39,389 nt of DNA from contig MCFG01000056.1 of NCBI GenBank assembly GCA_002104895.1, positions 186,001 through 225,389 on the forward strand, read 5' to 3'. Below the pieces are notes generated by a model that was not told the DNA's origin, did not search any database, and was given only the letters and a program-made list of their open reading frames with translations. This document shows positions 1 to 21,370 of this stretch, piece by piece. Numbering within the stretch: position 1 is the first letter of the stretch; the number at the start of each line of letters is the position of its first letter. Source of the stretch: Anaeromyces robustus (taxonomy: Eukaryota). The translations under genes and the position numbers were made by a program.

Positions 1-4898
<4,898 letters not shown>

Positions 4899-7800
4899 CT
4901 TTAAATTAAAAATTGTATTAAAATAAAAATAATGTATGAAGTTATATGATATTTGTAATCAAAATAAGTTTATATAATTATTATAAAATTTGTATTTTTC
5001 TTTTCTTCTTTTCTCTTTATTATTATATTATTATTGTTATTTGATATTTTGTTTGTTTTTAATTTAATAATTTATTAAATATTTAATAATTATTTCAAAT
5101 AATAATAATAAAGTATAATATGTAATTAATTATAATAAATTTAAATTTTGTAATTATTATTACTTTAAACATTTAGTATTAATTATATTATGTTATTTAA
5201 AATAATAATATACTTACTTTACATGTTATAAAATTTTTATACTTCAAAATATATTAAATATATATATATATGCTTATCTTCACTAGTTAAAAAATATTTA
5301 TTAAATTATTAAATAATGATATATTATGGAAAAAAAAAAAAAAGATTTAAAATTTAAATAAAGAATATATGATAATATGAAATAATATTATAAGATAATA
5401 TATTATATGGAATAAAGATATTTTTAAATTTTGAATTTAAATTATTAAATTTGTATTAGTTTTTTCCCGAATTTATGTTGATGTATAAATAAAATTTTAA
5501 AATATTTCTCTTTTCATGGTATTAAAAATAATTGAAATTGCAATTTTTAAATTATGATAATAGTGTAGTTATAAAAGTAGAATTTTTCAATATTAATCTT
5601 ATCAAAATTTTTGAATTATTATTATATTAATTTATTCATAAAACATTTCTTTGATTGTTATTAACAATTAATTATTTATGGATAATTGACAATTAATAAT
5701 TAATAATTAATAATTGGATTATTGGTATTTGGTATTATTATTTATAATAATAATTTTAATATAGAATCTTTTAAAATATATACAATCTTTAATAAATTAT
5801 AAATATAGAAAAAAAGAAAAATAAAAGTAAAAATTTTAAAATTTGAAAGTGAAAAAAAAAAAAAAAAAAAAAAAAGTAAAAATTATGATTATTATATATA
5901 AATTTAATTAATCATTATAAGGCATAAAAAAAAACTTTTTTAGTATAACCGTCAACTATAATTATTAATTTTATTATTTTTAAAAAAAAAAATAATTATT
6001 TTTTATTCATCAATATATATTATATATAGAGTAATATATTATTAAATATATTAAATAATATATATTTATAAATTTTTACTATTCTAATAATATTAAACAT
6101 AAAGAAATATAAAAAAAGTATTTGTTATTAATTATTAATATAAATTATTGATTATAATATATTTTCAATTATTTATACGATTTAGATTATCATATATTTT
6201 TTAATATTTTATAATATATTTGTATATATATCTATATTATTAATCAAATTAAATAATGGCGATTTTTTGTTATAATTATTATAATATATTTATACAATAT
6301 ATTTATAATATATTATATTCAATTAAAAAACACTGGTAAAAATTTTAAAAAAATTTTTTTTTATTTCTCTTTATTTATTACTTTGTACAATTATAAATTT
6401 ATCTAATGGGGTGAAAATATATTAAACGATATATTATACAATATATAGAATATACATAGAATATATATTATTAAATATATATGATATATTTAATCTGTAT
6501 TATTAAATTTAAAAAGTAAATAAAATAAAAAAAAAAAAACTCTATAAATTTTAATTAATAAAAAAGAAAAAACTAAGTATAAATTAATTAATATATGTTA
6601 GACATATATTAACAATTCATTAATTTTTTATTATCATTTTTTTAAAATGAAAAAAAAAATTGAAGATTTACAAAATCTTAATTAATAATTATTATAACTA
6701 AATAAATAAATAAATAAATAAATATAAATATTAATAAATATTAATAAATGTTAATAAATAATTAATAAATAATTAATAAATAATTAATAACTAATAAATA
6801 AAAATAAAAATAATAAATATAATAAATAATATTAATTAAAAAAAAAAAATATTAATTAATAATTATAATAACTAATAAAAAAATCTTTATAACAATGTTG
6901 ATATTTAATAATATTTATATATTAATTTAATTATAATAAACACAATTTAAACTTTTATAGTATTATAAAATTTAAAGAAAAAAATAAAATAAAAATTAAA
7001 AAAAAAAAAAAAACAATTTATAAAAGCTTTAATAATACCATATAAGAAAAGTATAAAATAAAATAATAACTTTTACAATAAAATGAAATTACTTAATATT
7101 ATTTTTCTATTAATTATTTTTTAATATATTTATGTTAAAATACTACATAAATTATTACTATAAAATTTTTGATTAAATTACTATGAAATAAACATAATTT
7201 TTTATATATAATTTAAATATTAAAAAACATTTCTTTTTCATAAATGGCATGAAAGGGAACAGAAATTGGTAGAAATTATAAATTCAAATTCATAAATTCC
7301 AGTTATTTATTATTAATACCTTAAATTAAAGTTAATATCAAATATATATTTTTTTTAAATATATATATTTAATATATTAAAAATGTAGTTTAATTCTTGA
7401 AATTATTAACAACTTGATTATCCATATTAAATATATTATCTTTATCGAAATTGAACAAAAAAATTTAATCAATATTAATAATTTTAAATATTAATATTTA
7501 TTCTTTTTTTAACTATAATAGCATTTTAAATAATAATTTTCTTTTCAATTATCGAATAAACATTATTATTTATTATTTATTATTATACATACTAATTATC
7601 AGTTATTTATCATTAATAATTATTTTATTATATACTATTTTCATCAATTATTTATTATGTTATTATTATATTAATTATATCATTATTTATTATTTAACAT
7701 AAAATATATTCATTATTACTCAATTACCATTATTATTCTTAATAAATTACCATAATTATTCATTATTAATAAATTAATCAATTACCATTATTTATTATTT

Positions 7801-8690
7801 AATGATTCAATTACCGTTATTCATAATTCATCAATATAAAAATTTGTCATTAATATTGGCATTATTTTATATTTTAATATTTGACATATTAATGGTTTTA
7901 CATTTACTATTATTATTAAAACATAGAAACAAATAATTAAAACATTAATAATATTAATAATAAAAATTAATATATTTATTAGTACAGCCTTCGTTTAAAA
8001 AAAATTTTTTTTTTATTTGTATAACGTATTTTTTTTATTTATTTACAATTATTGATTTAATTTTTATGTATGACAAAAAAAATAAGGCAATTTTTCTCTT
8101 TAAATCTTTTTAAAATTTATATTAATTCATTAATATAACTTTTAAATTCTGAAAATGAACAAAGATCATACTAAAAAAAAAATATGCAATTTATTAATCA
8201 TTGATTATGTAAAATTAAAGATTAATATAAAAATAAACAAAAGAAGGAAAAAATAATGTTAAAAATAGTTACATCTTTCAGTTCTATTTTATAATAATAA
8301 AATATAATAAAATATTAAAAAAAAATTATACATAAATATTTTTATCATTTTTTTTTTTTTTTAAAATAAAAAAAAACATGTTTTTTTATATATAAGGAAA
8401 CATTTAATAATTTTTAATTTATTTCATATATTAATATTTATTTTTTATTTTTTAATTTTAAAATTTTACATAATATATTACAATGTATTATAATATATTA
8501 TTACGAAATGACCATCTTTAATAATTTATAATTATTATTTTAATTAATATATATATGTAATATATTAATGTATATTATAATAATTAAATTAAAAATGTTA
8601 AGAATTATTAAAAATGAAACACAAAATATAAACTTAATATACTAAGTTTAAAATATTTTATAATTATTTATTTATATATTTATTTATATA

Positions 8691-8845
<155 letters not shown>

Positions 8846-10824
8846 TATTTTATTTATTTATTTTTATTCATTATTGCTCATCATTATAATTAATTTTATT
8901 TAAAACTTTATTTAAAATAAAATTTTTCTTTTGAAAAAAAAATTTCATAGCCAATAAAAAAAATTGATTTTAATTAAATTTTTTTTTTAAAATAAATTTT
9001 ATATTATTATTATAAAATAAAATTTAAAATATAATAATTATTAATAATTTATCAGAGGAAAAAAATAATAGCAAAATTCGTAAACTTTAAAAATATATAT
9101 ATATATAATGATTATAATTATTTAACATATAATAAAATATAATTATTAAAGTTATTTAATATATAATAATAATGATATATAAATGATAAAGAAAAAACTA
9201 TTAATCAATTTGATATAAACTGTGGCGATATCAATACTTCTACTAAAGAAAGAAATAAATTATATAATATTTCTTTAAAATAAAAATAAAAAACCAATTA
9301 TTAATATTAACTATCATAAATTCAATAAAAAGAAAATTACGGCGTTTAATATAATATGTATAATGTGTATAATTAAAATGTGTTGTATAGAATAACTTTT
9401 TATTTCCATAATCTTTATTAATAATTAATAATGTATAATATTAACTATATAAAAGCATATTTGAATATATTTCTTTTTTTATACTAATTAGTATCAAATA
9501 ATTGAATTATTTAACAAAAAAAAATCATTAATCAAAAAAAAATCAATTTATATATTAATGTATATATTGATTTAAATATATTCACTTGATATATAAAACA
9601 ATAAAACAATAAATATTAATATTTAAAAAAAAAAAAAAAAAAAGACTTTTTTTTATTAATTTTTCAATGTAATATGCATAAATATTTTATTATTATTAGA
9701 ATTTTTACTATGTACAATATCTATATTTTTAATAGATATATGTAAAATAGGAACAATCATAATCTTTTAATTAATTTCTGAAAAAAGTTAATATGATATA
9801 CCTTTTGTTTAAATTAATAATTATTTGATTCTCACTAAAAATAAAATACAAATATTAATAATATAGTAATCACGATGTCTTTATCATTTTTATTATTTAT
9901 TATTATCATTAATAATTATAAATAAAATTATTGTTATTATTATTTATAATTATAATCACTTTGTAACTTTAAATGATATTAATTACATCTCGTTAAATTA
10001 AACTAATTTGTAATATCAAAAAATAATTTTTGATAAATACACTTACCATAAAAAAATTTTTAATTATACTATATTTAGTTAAATAAAATATATTTTAATA
10101 TTATTTTGCAATAATTACATAAGAAAAATCAATTAATATAATAAAAAATTATTTAACAATTCTTTTTTTTTTTTTAAAAAAAAAAAAATCATAATAAAAG
10201 TTAATTAATATACATTAATTGTTATTTAATTATTGAGGATTGGATTAATTTTCCTATAGACTTTTTTAACATTTTCGAAAATGTAAAAAATATTTTATCA
10301 TACCATTAAAAAAATTATATAAATTTTATTTCAATAACAATTTATATTTTTTAACTAGTATAGATATTATAATAATAATAGTATTAATAGTAATAATAAT
10401 AAATTAAATTTCATTTTTTTTTTTTTTTTTTACTTTTTTTGGTACTATCTGATATATTATTGTAATAAAAAATTTTTATTAAGGATAATAATAAAATTTT
10501 TATATATTTTAACACCAACATTCTTATTAATCAGAAAAATGACGATATTATGATATAATATTAAATATATAATGTAAGGTAAAATTCATTAATTGACTTA
10601 TAGAACGAAAAATAATTAATATGTAATATAATAATCATTAACAATAATCATTAAAAAAAATTATATGTATTAAAAAAGATGTTTAATCTTTATTATTCAA
10701 TAGAATAAGGTTTTATATGTATAAATAAATATATATATATGTTATATATACATTTTTACATTTTTATACTTATTTTTCGAGAATAAATATATAAAAATAA
10801 AATTATATTATATATTTATAACTA

Positions 10825-11170
10825 TTTTTATTATTATTATTATATATTTATAATTATTATTATTAATTATTATTATTAATTAATTAATAAATTATTATTA
10901 TTATTATTATTAATTATTAATTATTATTATTATTATTATTTTTTATTATTTTTATTATTATTTATTATTATTAATTATTATTATTATTATTTATTATTAT
11001 TTATTATTATTATTATTTATTATTATTAATTATTATTTATTATTATTAATTATTATTATTATTTATTATTATTAATTATTATTATTATTATTTATTATTA
11101 TCATTATTATTATTATTATTTATTTATTATTATTATTATTTTTATTATTATTATTATTATTATTATATAT

Positions 11171-11237
<67 letters not shown>

Positions 11238-11240
11238 TTA
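10825..11240. repeat. Degenerate (ATT)n tract followed by (TTTA)n
   Basis: Seen directly. Confidence 0.9.
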
Positions 11241-12051
11241 TCATTATCATTATAATATTATTAATTATTATTATATATTATTATTATTAATTAATTATAC
11301 TTATTAATTATTATTATATTAATTATTATTTCTTAATTATTATTATTATTATTATTTTAATTATATTATTATTATTTATATTAACAATCATTAAATATAA
11401 TTATCAATATTTATTTATTTATTTACTTACCATAATTAATAAATGTTTTTTTTTTTTTTTTGTTTTTTGTTTTTTGTTTTTCATTAATAAATCTTTAATT
11501 TATCTATATTTATTTAAATGAAAATGTTTCTTTTTTTTTTTTTAATAAAAATAAAAAAAAATTTTATGAAACTCTATGTATGTTTTATTAATTAATTAAT
11601 TAATTTAATTTTTAAATATGATATGGATACATGAAATATTATTATTTTTTTTTTTTTTTAATTAAATAAATTTATGAGATGTAATAATTAATAAAGAAAG
11701 TTAAAAAGTCAAAATGTCAAAATATATTTTCAAGTAACTAAAAGATTAACAAAAAAGGTAATAATGAAAAACAAAAACAAAAAAAATATAGATATATAAA
11801 TGTTATATGTAATATATTTATTTTCATTAAATAAATAAATAAATAATATGACTTATTTCCAAATAAGTTAAAAATATATATAAAGTGTATAAATCAATGT
11901 TAAATAATCTATAAATGCAATATTTCATTTAAAAAAGTTTAACTAAAAAAACAGAAATATATATAATAAAAGTTTTTCATCTTAAAAATACTCTTTATTT
12001 ATTTACTTATTTATTTATACCAATATTTAAATATAATTGCTTAGCAAATTT

Positions 12052-12598
12052 CACGTGATATCTGAGAATTTAATGGATGGTAAAAATTTTAAAATCAAAT
12101 TATTCCCATAATTTTTTAAATTTTTAAATTTTTAAACTATGGTAATTTTTTAATAAATGGTAATTTCAAAATGGTACCTCTAAATATGGTAATGGTAATT
12201 TTTTTTTTTATTTTATTTTATTTTATTTTATTTTATTTTATTTTATTTTATTTTATTTTATTTTATTTTATTTTATTTTATTTTATTTTATTTTATTTTA
12301 TTTTATTTTATTTTATTTTATTTTATTTTATTTTATTTTATTTTATTTTATTTTATTATTAAACACAAGCGAGTATATTAATGATATAATAAGACATATC
12401 TAAAAACTTTTTTTAGTTTTATTTCACTATTCCCTCTACAAAAATAAAAACATATTAACATTGAATTCTAAATTTCTTACCAATTAATGGAAAATTTTAA
12501 TAATAAATGAATAATAAATAAATAATAAATAAATAAAAATTTTTTTTAAGGACCTCAAAAAATTTTTTTAATTATTTAATTTTCCAGTTTATCATGTG
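12052..12598. mobile_element. Possible decayed non-autonomous TIR DNA transposon with CAC...GTG termini
   Basis: Left end CACGTGATATCTGAGAATTTAA versus reverse complement of right end CACATGATAAACTGGAAAATTAA. Flanks AATTT/AATTA match 4/5 as a possible 5-bp TSD. Internal ATGGTA repeats at 12070-12198. Confidence 0.3.
12206..12355. repeat. (TTTTA)30 microsatellite
   Basis: Seen directly. Confidence 0.95.
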
Positions 12599-12921
12599 AA
12601 TTATTAAATAAAATTCTATTATTCTATTATTATTTCTACCGATTATTGCCACATAATATTATTACTATTATATTACTATTTCCTAATGAAAAAACTTATA
12701 TATATTAAATTAATGCATACAAGCTAATATAAATAAAAAAAGTAATGGTCACAATTATTAATTAAGTGTCATTAAATTTAATTTTGTCCCTATGTCTATA
12801 TCAATATATTTTATAATAGAGTTACAAATATTATATTATATTTTTATAAATTACATACTAATATATTTTAATAGTAATAACAAAAAATAACAATATTATT
12901 CACTATTATCATTATTACTTA

Positions 12922-13066
<145 letters not shown>

Positions 13067-13204
13067 TACTAATTAATTATTTACTATTATTACTATTAAT
13101 AATTTTTTTTATTTGAAAAAAAAAAAATAATACATCGACAATTCAATTATTTATTATTAGATTATAAAATAATATTATTATAATTTTATAGTGGTATCTA
13201 TTGG

Positions 13205-13592
13205 ATGAAAAATGGAAATGAAAATATATTCATATATTTAGAAGAACATAGAGCAGATATAAATATAGAAGATAGATATTAGTAATACAGAAGTATGTTT
13301 ATGTATAGTAATACTCCATTATTTGATTAATGTAAAAGTGGAAATGAAAATATTTAATTAGATAATAAATACAAATAAAAAAAATGGTATTTATTGTATG
13401 TTTAAGTAGGAATAAAAAATATAGTAGAATATTTAATTGAACATAGAATAGATATACATAAAAAAAATAATTATGAAGTACCAATATTAAAAAGGTGGAA
13501 GTAGAATGAAATGAAAATATGGTAAAACGTTTAGTTGAACATGGAGCTGATATAAATAAAATAAATTAGTGTGATGAAACACCATTACATTG
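13205..13592 (+). pseudogene. Ankyrin-repeat pseudogene fragment (about 4 repeats)
   Basis: Manual translation: KNGNENIFIYLEEHRADINIEDRY*, SNTPLFD*CKSGNENI*, IVEYLIEHRIDI, NENMVKRLVEHGADINKIN*CDETPLH. Matches the ankyrin consensus (TPLH..AC..GN..IVKYLVEHGADIN) with stops and frameshifts. Confidence 0.85.
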
Positions 13593-13644
13593 TAACTAAT
13601 AACAAATAATATTAAAATTATATAAAAAAAATTATATTTATTCA

Positions 13645-13878
<234 letters not shown>

Positions 13879-16800
13879 TATATTATTACATAATTATCCT
13901 ATTTTTATTATTATTATTATATCTAATCATAAGATCATATGATTATCCTTGTATTTTATTTTTTATAACTTTAAATAATAATAATTGATAAATAATAAAT
14001 AAATAATAATATACTTACATTATAATTTATAATTAATAATAAATAAATAATAATTATACTTACATTATAATTAATAATATTAATAATAATAATATTTATT
14101 TATTATAATTATTTATTATTTCTATTATTTATCAATTATTATTATGATTTTACTAACTATATATCCTATTTTTATTTCTATTATTTTTTTTTTGTTATTT
14201 TGATAATATTAATAGAATACAAAGGCTATATGATGATTATATTTTATTTTAAAAAAAAATAAGAAAGAAAAGAAAAGAAAAGAAAAAGAAAAAAACACTA
14301 ATTAATGAAAAATAATATATATGATCTAAATTTTGGCTATATAGTAATTTAGTAATTATTCATAACAAATCAAATTTATTATAATAACTTAAATAAAAAA
14401 TGAAATAATAATAATTATAATATTATATATATTTAATAGAAATGTTGTATTAATTAATTAATTAAAGAAATATATGTTTTACTAAATAAAAAAATAATAT
14501 AAATTTATATATTAATATTACTATCTTTTTTATGGAATTTTATAATAACAAATTATTGCATATAATTATTTATAACAATAATAACAAATCATAATTAAAC
14601 TCTTTATTTATTCTTTTCATTTTCATTTTTATTTTTGTATTTTTCATTATGAAAATTATCCTTTTTTTAATATATATATATATATATATACGAAAATCAA
14701 TTTTAATTTAATATGAATAGTATTTCACATAAAAAAAAACCAAACATTTTGTATTGTTTTTGTTTATATTATCACTTTTTTTTTCTTTTTTTAGATTTCA
14801 TATAGAAAAAATAAATAAAAAAATGCTTCATCCATTGTCTCCTATTATTTAATAATAACAAATAATATGATTCATATTATGATGGATAGGATGATCAATC
14901 CTATTTAATTATCATAATAATAATAATTAAAAAATAGTTATTTATTTTTTTTTTTCCTTTTTTGTTCTTTTTTTTTTTTAATCTTTATCTATAAATGAAA
15001 AAAAAAATAAAAGTTAAAATATAATTCATTTATTTTTTTTTTTGTTTCATCATTTTTATTATATAAAAATATTATATTAGAAATTATACAATTATACTTT
15101 TTTAATATTAAAGTACCAATAATAATTTATAAAAAAAAAAATAATAAATGTTTACAAACATATAAATAAAAAAAATGATAGACGGAAAAACAATGATAAG
15201 AAAAGAATTACTTTTAATACAATTTCAAGATCAAATCAAAAATGTCCTCTCATTAAAGAATCCATCACATATATATATATTATATATATGTTTTTTTTTC
15301 TATAAGTATTATCATGAAAAATAATTTCAAATTTACTAATTAGTAATATAATATTAAATAATGTTAATCATTCTATTATGCTTTATTAAACTTTATATTA
15401 TATAATATGATAAATTAGTATCATTTATTATTATAAATATTATATAATATAAAGTTAAAAATATAAGTTTATATTTTTAATTATATTTTCATAAAATTTA
15501 TAAAATTATTTTATTCTAAATAAATCATAAATAACAAATAATTTTATATATATATCATTATATTAAGCATTATATTTCATTATGATTTCTTGTTATTTTT
15601 TTTATTTTATTATATTTTATTATATTTTATTTTATTTTATTATTATTTTATTGGTATTTTCTGTTTTAGATTTTTGTATCTACATTTTATTATATTTTTA
15701 AATTCATTTAATAAATATAATTAAAAATAAGACTTTTTTTTTCATTTTTATTTTTTTAAAAAAATTCACATGAATGGTTAAAAATTAATAATAATATGAC
15801 TTTGAATTTTAAAAAAAAAAAAAAAAAAATTTTTTTTAATTTTTAATATAAAAAATACCAAATTTAATAATAATTAAAATTTTGTTCATCTGAAACTTTT
15901 TTTAATATATTTTTTATGGAATTGACGATAATATAAAAAAAAAAATTTATGACTTAATTGATGACTCTTTTAACAATAGGATGATTTAACAAATTAATTA
16001 AAAAAAAAAATTCTTGTACACAATCATAAATTAATAGGATAACCAAGGATTTGGAATCAATTATTTTTTAAAATTTTAAATTTTAAATTTTAAAATTTTA
16101 ACAAAAAATAATAATTAATATATTAAATATAATAATTATAATAATAATAATTATAATTATTATTATATATTATTAATTTCATAGTTATTATTATATTATT
16201 ATTATTATAAGTAATTATAATAATTATAATAATTATAATAAAATATTAAATATTAACAAAATGTATAACATAAAATATATTTTTATATAATTATAATATA
16301 TATTTAATAGTAATATCAAAAAAATTAATAATAATAATAATAATATATATAATATAATCATATTAAAAAAACATGTGTTATCTAAATAATAATAAAAAAA
16401 TTTTGAATTTATGAACTGCTTTATATTAAATCGAAAATATATATAATATATGTTATAATATAATTATACTTTGGTCTAATATGACACATAAAATAATTAT
16501 AATATTATCTATGATATATCACATCCTTTCTTAATTTATTAACATATTTTTGAAACATATAATAAATTTATCTACCATTAATTGTTTTTTTTTTTTTTTT
16601 TCTTTTTTTTATAATTAAATATATATTATTATATTAATATTATATATTATTATTCAAAAATTAAATATTTTATCATTTTTAAAAATAATTATAATCTCAA
16701 AAAAATATTTTATATACAATATGATAATATATATAGATAAACATATATAAAAAAATTTTTTTAATAATAAAACTTTTTTTAATATAAAAATTGATTAATA

Positions 16801-18069
16801 GGAAAGAAAAAAAAAAATTTTTCATTTGTTATGTTTCCTTCATGAACGGCACAAATTAAAAACATTCAAAATGACTAAAATAATAAAAGGAATAATTTTT
16901 AATTTATATTAATGTTTATATTAAAAAAAAAGGAAATTTATTTATTATTAATAAGAAGAAAAAAAATCTTTTTTTTGAAACATTTTTCTATATAAAAAGA
17001 AAATATTTTCTTTTCTTTTCTTTTTTTTTTCTTTTATATATATATATATTCAATTTTTTTTATTTATTAAAATAAATAAAATAAGAAAAATATATTTTAA
17101 TTCAAAAATAGAAAAAAAGAATAATGATAATAAAATAAAATATAAAATATAAGATATAATAAAAGTATATATATATAAAAAAAGAAAATTTTAAAAAACT
17201 CTTTACTATTAACAAAAAAAAAAAAAAGTTTTATCAATAGTATTAAAAATTGGAAGTCTAAACAAATATCTAATCTACTAATATCTACTAATGAAAAAAA
17301 CATTAAAACAAAAACATTAAAAATAATAACACCATATTTAGAGGAAAAAAATGCTAAAAACATAAAAAAATAATAATAATAATAATAATATTTAATAATT
17401 ATATTAATATTTTGAAATTGAACAATCGCTGAACTTAACTCACTCTGAAATCTATGTTTTAATAACGAGCCTACCTCTTTTTTCTTTCTGGATATAATAA
17501 AATAAAAGAAAAATATATGTATATATTATAAAGTCAATTATCTTTCTTTTTTTTTTTGTCTTCTTTTAAATGTATATATATATTTTATACCGCGTTTCTC
17601 TATACCAATCAATTATATATTAACAAAAAAAGAAAATAAATAAATTTTTTATATTAAATGCAATACTAATATATATTATAAAAAAAAAGAGAAAAAAAGT
17701 TTTTAAAGTTATTAATATCAATTTTTTTTTCTCATATAAACCTAATATATCAAAATAATTATTAATAAATTAAAAATAAAAAAAAGAAATAATTAAAAAG
17801 TAAAAAAAAAAAAAAAAGAGATTTAAAAATAAGAAATTTTTTTAGATCCTTTTTAAAAAATAAATAAAAACAAAATAAAAATAAAAATAAAAAAAAGGAA
17901 AAAATAAAATAAAATAAAATAAAACAAAACAAATTAAAAATAAAATTAAAATTAAACAAAACAATATTAAAATTAAAATATAAAATATAACGTAAAATAA
18001 AAATAAAAATAAAATAATAATAATAAAAAAAAAAAAAAGAAAAAAAATTAAATAAAAATAAATTTCAAA

Positions 18070-18342
18070 ATGAGAAACTCAACTAAGCTTATAGTATTTG
18101 TTGTTTTCATTTGTTTCTTTTCAGGCTTTATGTTTAAAATACATAAAGAACAAGGAAGTTATCATTTAATGGAAAGAGATATAAATGAAGATCAAAAAGA
18201 ATATTTAAGAGAAATATTTAAATATAATGATGTAGAAGAAGTAGAAGTTAAAATAAATGAACAACAAAAAGAACATGAAGAAAGATTTGAAAAATTTATT
18301 GACCAATATCATACTAGACATGAAGAAATATTTTATGAATAA
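18070..18342 (+). CDS. Small 90-aa protein with N-terminal signal/type II anchor and acidic helical tail
   Basis: ATG in an A-rich context (ttcaaaATG). MRNSTK is followed by a hydrophobic stretch and then an E/K/Q-rich region. The composition is coding-like (GAA-rich), unlike the flanks. Confidence 0.6.
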   Translation: MRNSTKLIVFVVFICFFSGFMFKIHKEQGSYHLMERDINEDQKEYLREIFKYNDVEEVEVKINEQQKEHEERFEKFIDQYHTRHEEIFYE

Positions 18343-19000
18343 ATAAAATATTAACCATAATACTTTTTTTATCTCTTTTCAAAAAAAAAAAAAATATTTC
18401 AAAAAAAAATATTTCATTTATTTCTCTTAAAAATACTCCTTCAAAAATAAATAAATAAATAAATGAAAAAAAAATCACCTATAAAAATTTGTTAAAAAAA
18501 TGACAAAAAATTAAAAAAAAAAAAATCGCCTAAAATATTTATTAAAAAATTACAACAAAAAAAATTTTTTTTTTTTTTGATACTATTTAGATACCTCTCA
18601 AATTTATATATATATATCAATATATTTAAAATATATTTAAAATATATATATATAAATCGTTTCCTTTTTTTTTACGTTTTTCTACCATTATCATGTATGA
18701 TAAGCATTTGTTTTATATTGTTATTTATATATATAAGTTATTATCGTTATTGCCAATTTATTAATAAATAAAAAAAAAAAATTCATTTTTCGTTAAAATA
18801 GAATATAACATGTATTACAACTATTACTTTTATGTATTTTTATGTATTTAAAAAAAAAAAAAAGATTCGTTAACTCAAAAAAAAAATAAAAAATAAAAAA
18901 ATAAATAAAAAAAAGAAAATAAAAAAAAAAGATTAAAAAAGATAAAATTAATAATATGTAGTATTTGTATATATGTTTATGATATTTGTTGTAAAACATA

Positions 19001-19380
19001 TTTTATTTTATTTTATTTTATTTTATTTTATTTTATTTTATTTTATTTTATTTTATTTTATTTTATTTTATTTTATTTTATTTTATTTTATTTTATTTTA
19101 TTTTATTTTATTTTATTTTATTTTATTTTATTTTATTTTATTTTATTTTATTTTATTTTATTTTATTTTATTTTATTTTATTTTATTTTATTTTATTTTA
19201 TTTTATTTTATTTTATTTTATTTTATTTTATTTTATTTTATTTTATTTTATTTTATTTTATTTTATTTTATTTTATTTTATTTTATTTTATTTTATTTTA
19301 TTTTATTTTATTTTATTTTATTTTATTTTATTTTATTTTATTTTATTTTATTTTATTTTATTTTATTTTATTTTATTTTA
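19001..19380. repeat. (TTTTA)76 perfect microsatellite
   Basis: Seen directly, 380 bp. Confidence 0.97.
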
Positions 19381-19575
19381 TTTTTTTAAAAAAAAAAAAA
19401 GTACAAAACTTCATAATTAATAAATAAAAAAAATAATAAAATACTGAAGATATAGATATAGACATAAAATATAAATAAACTAAAATATATAGAATAGAAT
19501 ATTGTAAATAATTGAATTTTAAAAATAATAATAATAATAATAATCATAATATTAAATAATAAATAATAAATAATA

Positions 19576-19608
<33 letters not shown>

Positions 19609-20183
19609 TCTATCAAATTATTATTAAATATTTATTTTATCATTTTTATAAGATAATATATATTTAATATTTTTTTTTTTTATTTTTTATTTTTTATTTT
19701 ATTTTTTATTTTATTTTTTATTTATTTATTTATTTAGTTAGTTATTTTTTTCTTGATATACATAATATATATAATTAATTAATATATAATTAATTTTCTA
19801 AATCTATTTTTTATTTTATTTTATTTTTTTATTTTTTTTTTTTTTACTTCTTTTGTATGATGTTACTATATATTTATTTAATTATTAATCAATTTTATTT
19901 ATTTATTTATTTAATTATTTATTTACTAATTTATTTCTATTTTCTATTTTCTAATAATAATAATAAAAATGTCAATGATTATTATTTAAATATTATATTA
20001 TTCTTTTCTAATATTTTTTTTTTGGTTTCGGTTTTGGTTTTGGTATAAGTTTTTCTATTTCTATAAAATTTATATAAAATCATTATAAGAAGTTTATATA
20101 ATTTTTTTTTTTTTTTTTAGTTTTATACATATATATTGTTTTTATATATATATTGTTTTTGTTTTTGTTTTTGTTTTTTTTTC

Positions 20184-20224
<41 letters not shown>

Positions 20225-21119
20225 TAAATATTATATTATTTATATTATTTATATTCATATTTCTTCTTTCTTTTTTTTTTTTTTTTTCTTTTTTCTTTTA
20301 CTTTTGCCTTTCTTTCTTCTATTTAATGTCTAAATTGATATTATTTAATATTATAAATATTATAATAAAAAATATTGATATTTATTTTTATATTATAATA
20401 ATTAGATTCTATTATTATAATTAAAAGTAAAATAAAATTAAAAAAGTAAAATAATTCAAAGATAAAAAAATAATAATAATAACAATATATAAACATTAAA
20501 AAAAAATCATAATAATATAAAGAAAGAAAGAAAGAAAGAAAGAAAGAAAAGAAAAATAATGAAAATAAAAATAAAAAAAAAATAAAAAAAAGTTCTATTT
20601 CTATTTCTAATTTCTAAAATAAATAAATATTAAATATAAAATATTATTTTATATAAATATAAGAAAATTATTCATTAAATAATTTTTTTTTTCTTTTTTT
20701 CTTTTTTTCTTTTTTTCTTTTTTTTTTTTTTTTTTTTTTTTTTCTCCTTTCAACTATATAAATAAAAAAAGAATAATAAATCTAAAATTAAATATAATTA
20801 TTTTATCTTTATCCTTTTTTTTTTTTTTTCTTTTTTCTTTTTTATTATTATTGTTATTATTATTATTGTCTCTTTTTTTTTTTTTTATTTTTTTTTAAAT
20901 ATATATATATATATTGATTTAATTATATATAATTAAAAAAAAAAAAAAAAAAAAAATATTTATTTAATTATTTTGTTTAGAAAATATTTGAAATATTTTT
21001 AAATATATATATATTTATTGAATAATAATTTTTAATAGTTGCTGAGTATAATTAAAAAATATAGAATGACTTTAAAAAGAATATATATAAATAATAATAT
21101 ATAAAAGAAAAGAAAAGAA

Positions 21120-21215
21120 AAAAAGATAAAAAGATAAAAAGATAAAAAAGATAAAAAGATAAAAAAGATAAAAAGATAAAAAAGATAAAAAAGATAAAAA
21201 GATAAAAAGATAAAA
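21120..21215. repeat. (AAAAAGAT/AAAAAAGAT)n short tandem repeat
   Basis: About 11 GAT-A(5-6) units. Confidence 0.85.
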
Positions 21216-21333
21216 AAATAATTATAAAATGAAAAAAAGAAAAAAAAAAAAAAGAAAAGATAAAGAAAAAAGATAAAAAAACATATAAATATAAATAAAT
21301 TCTTTTTTTTAATTATTATTATTTTTACTTTTT

Positions 21334-21370
<37 letters not shown>

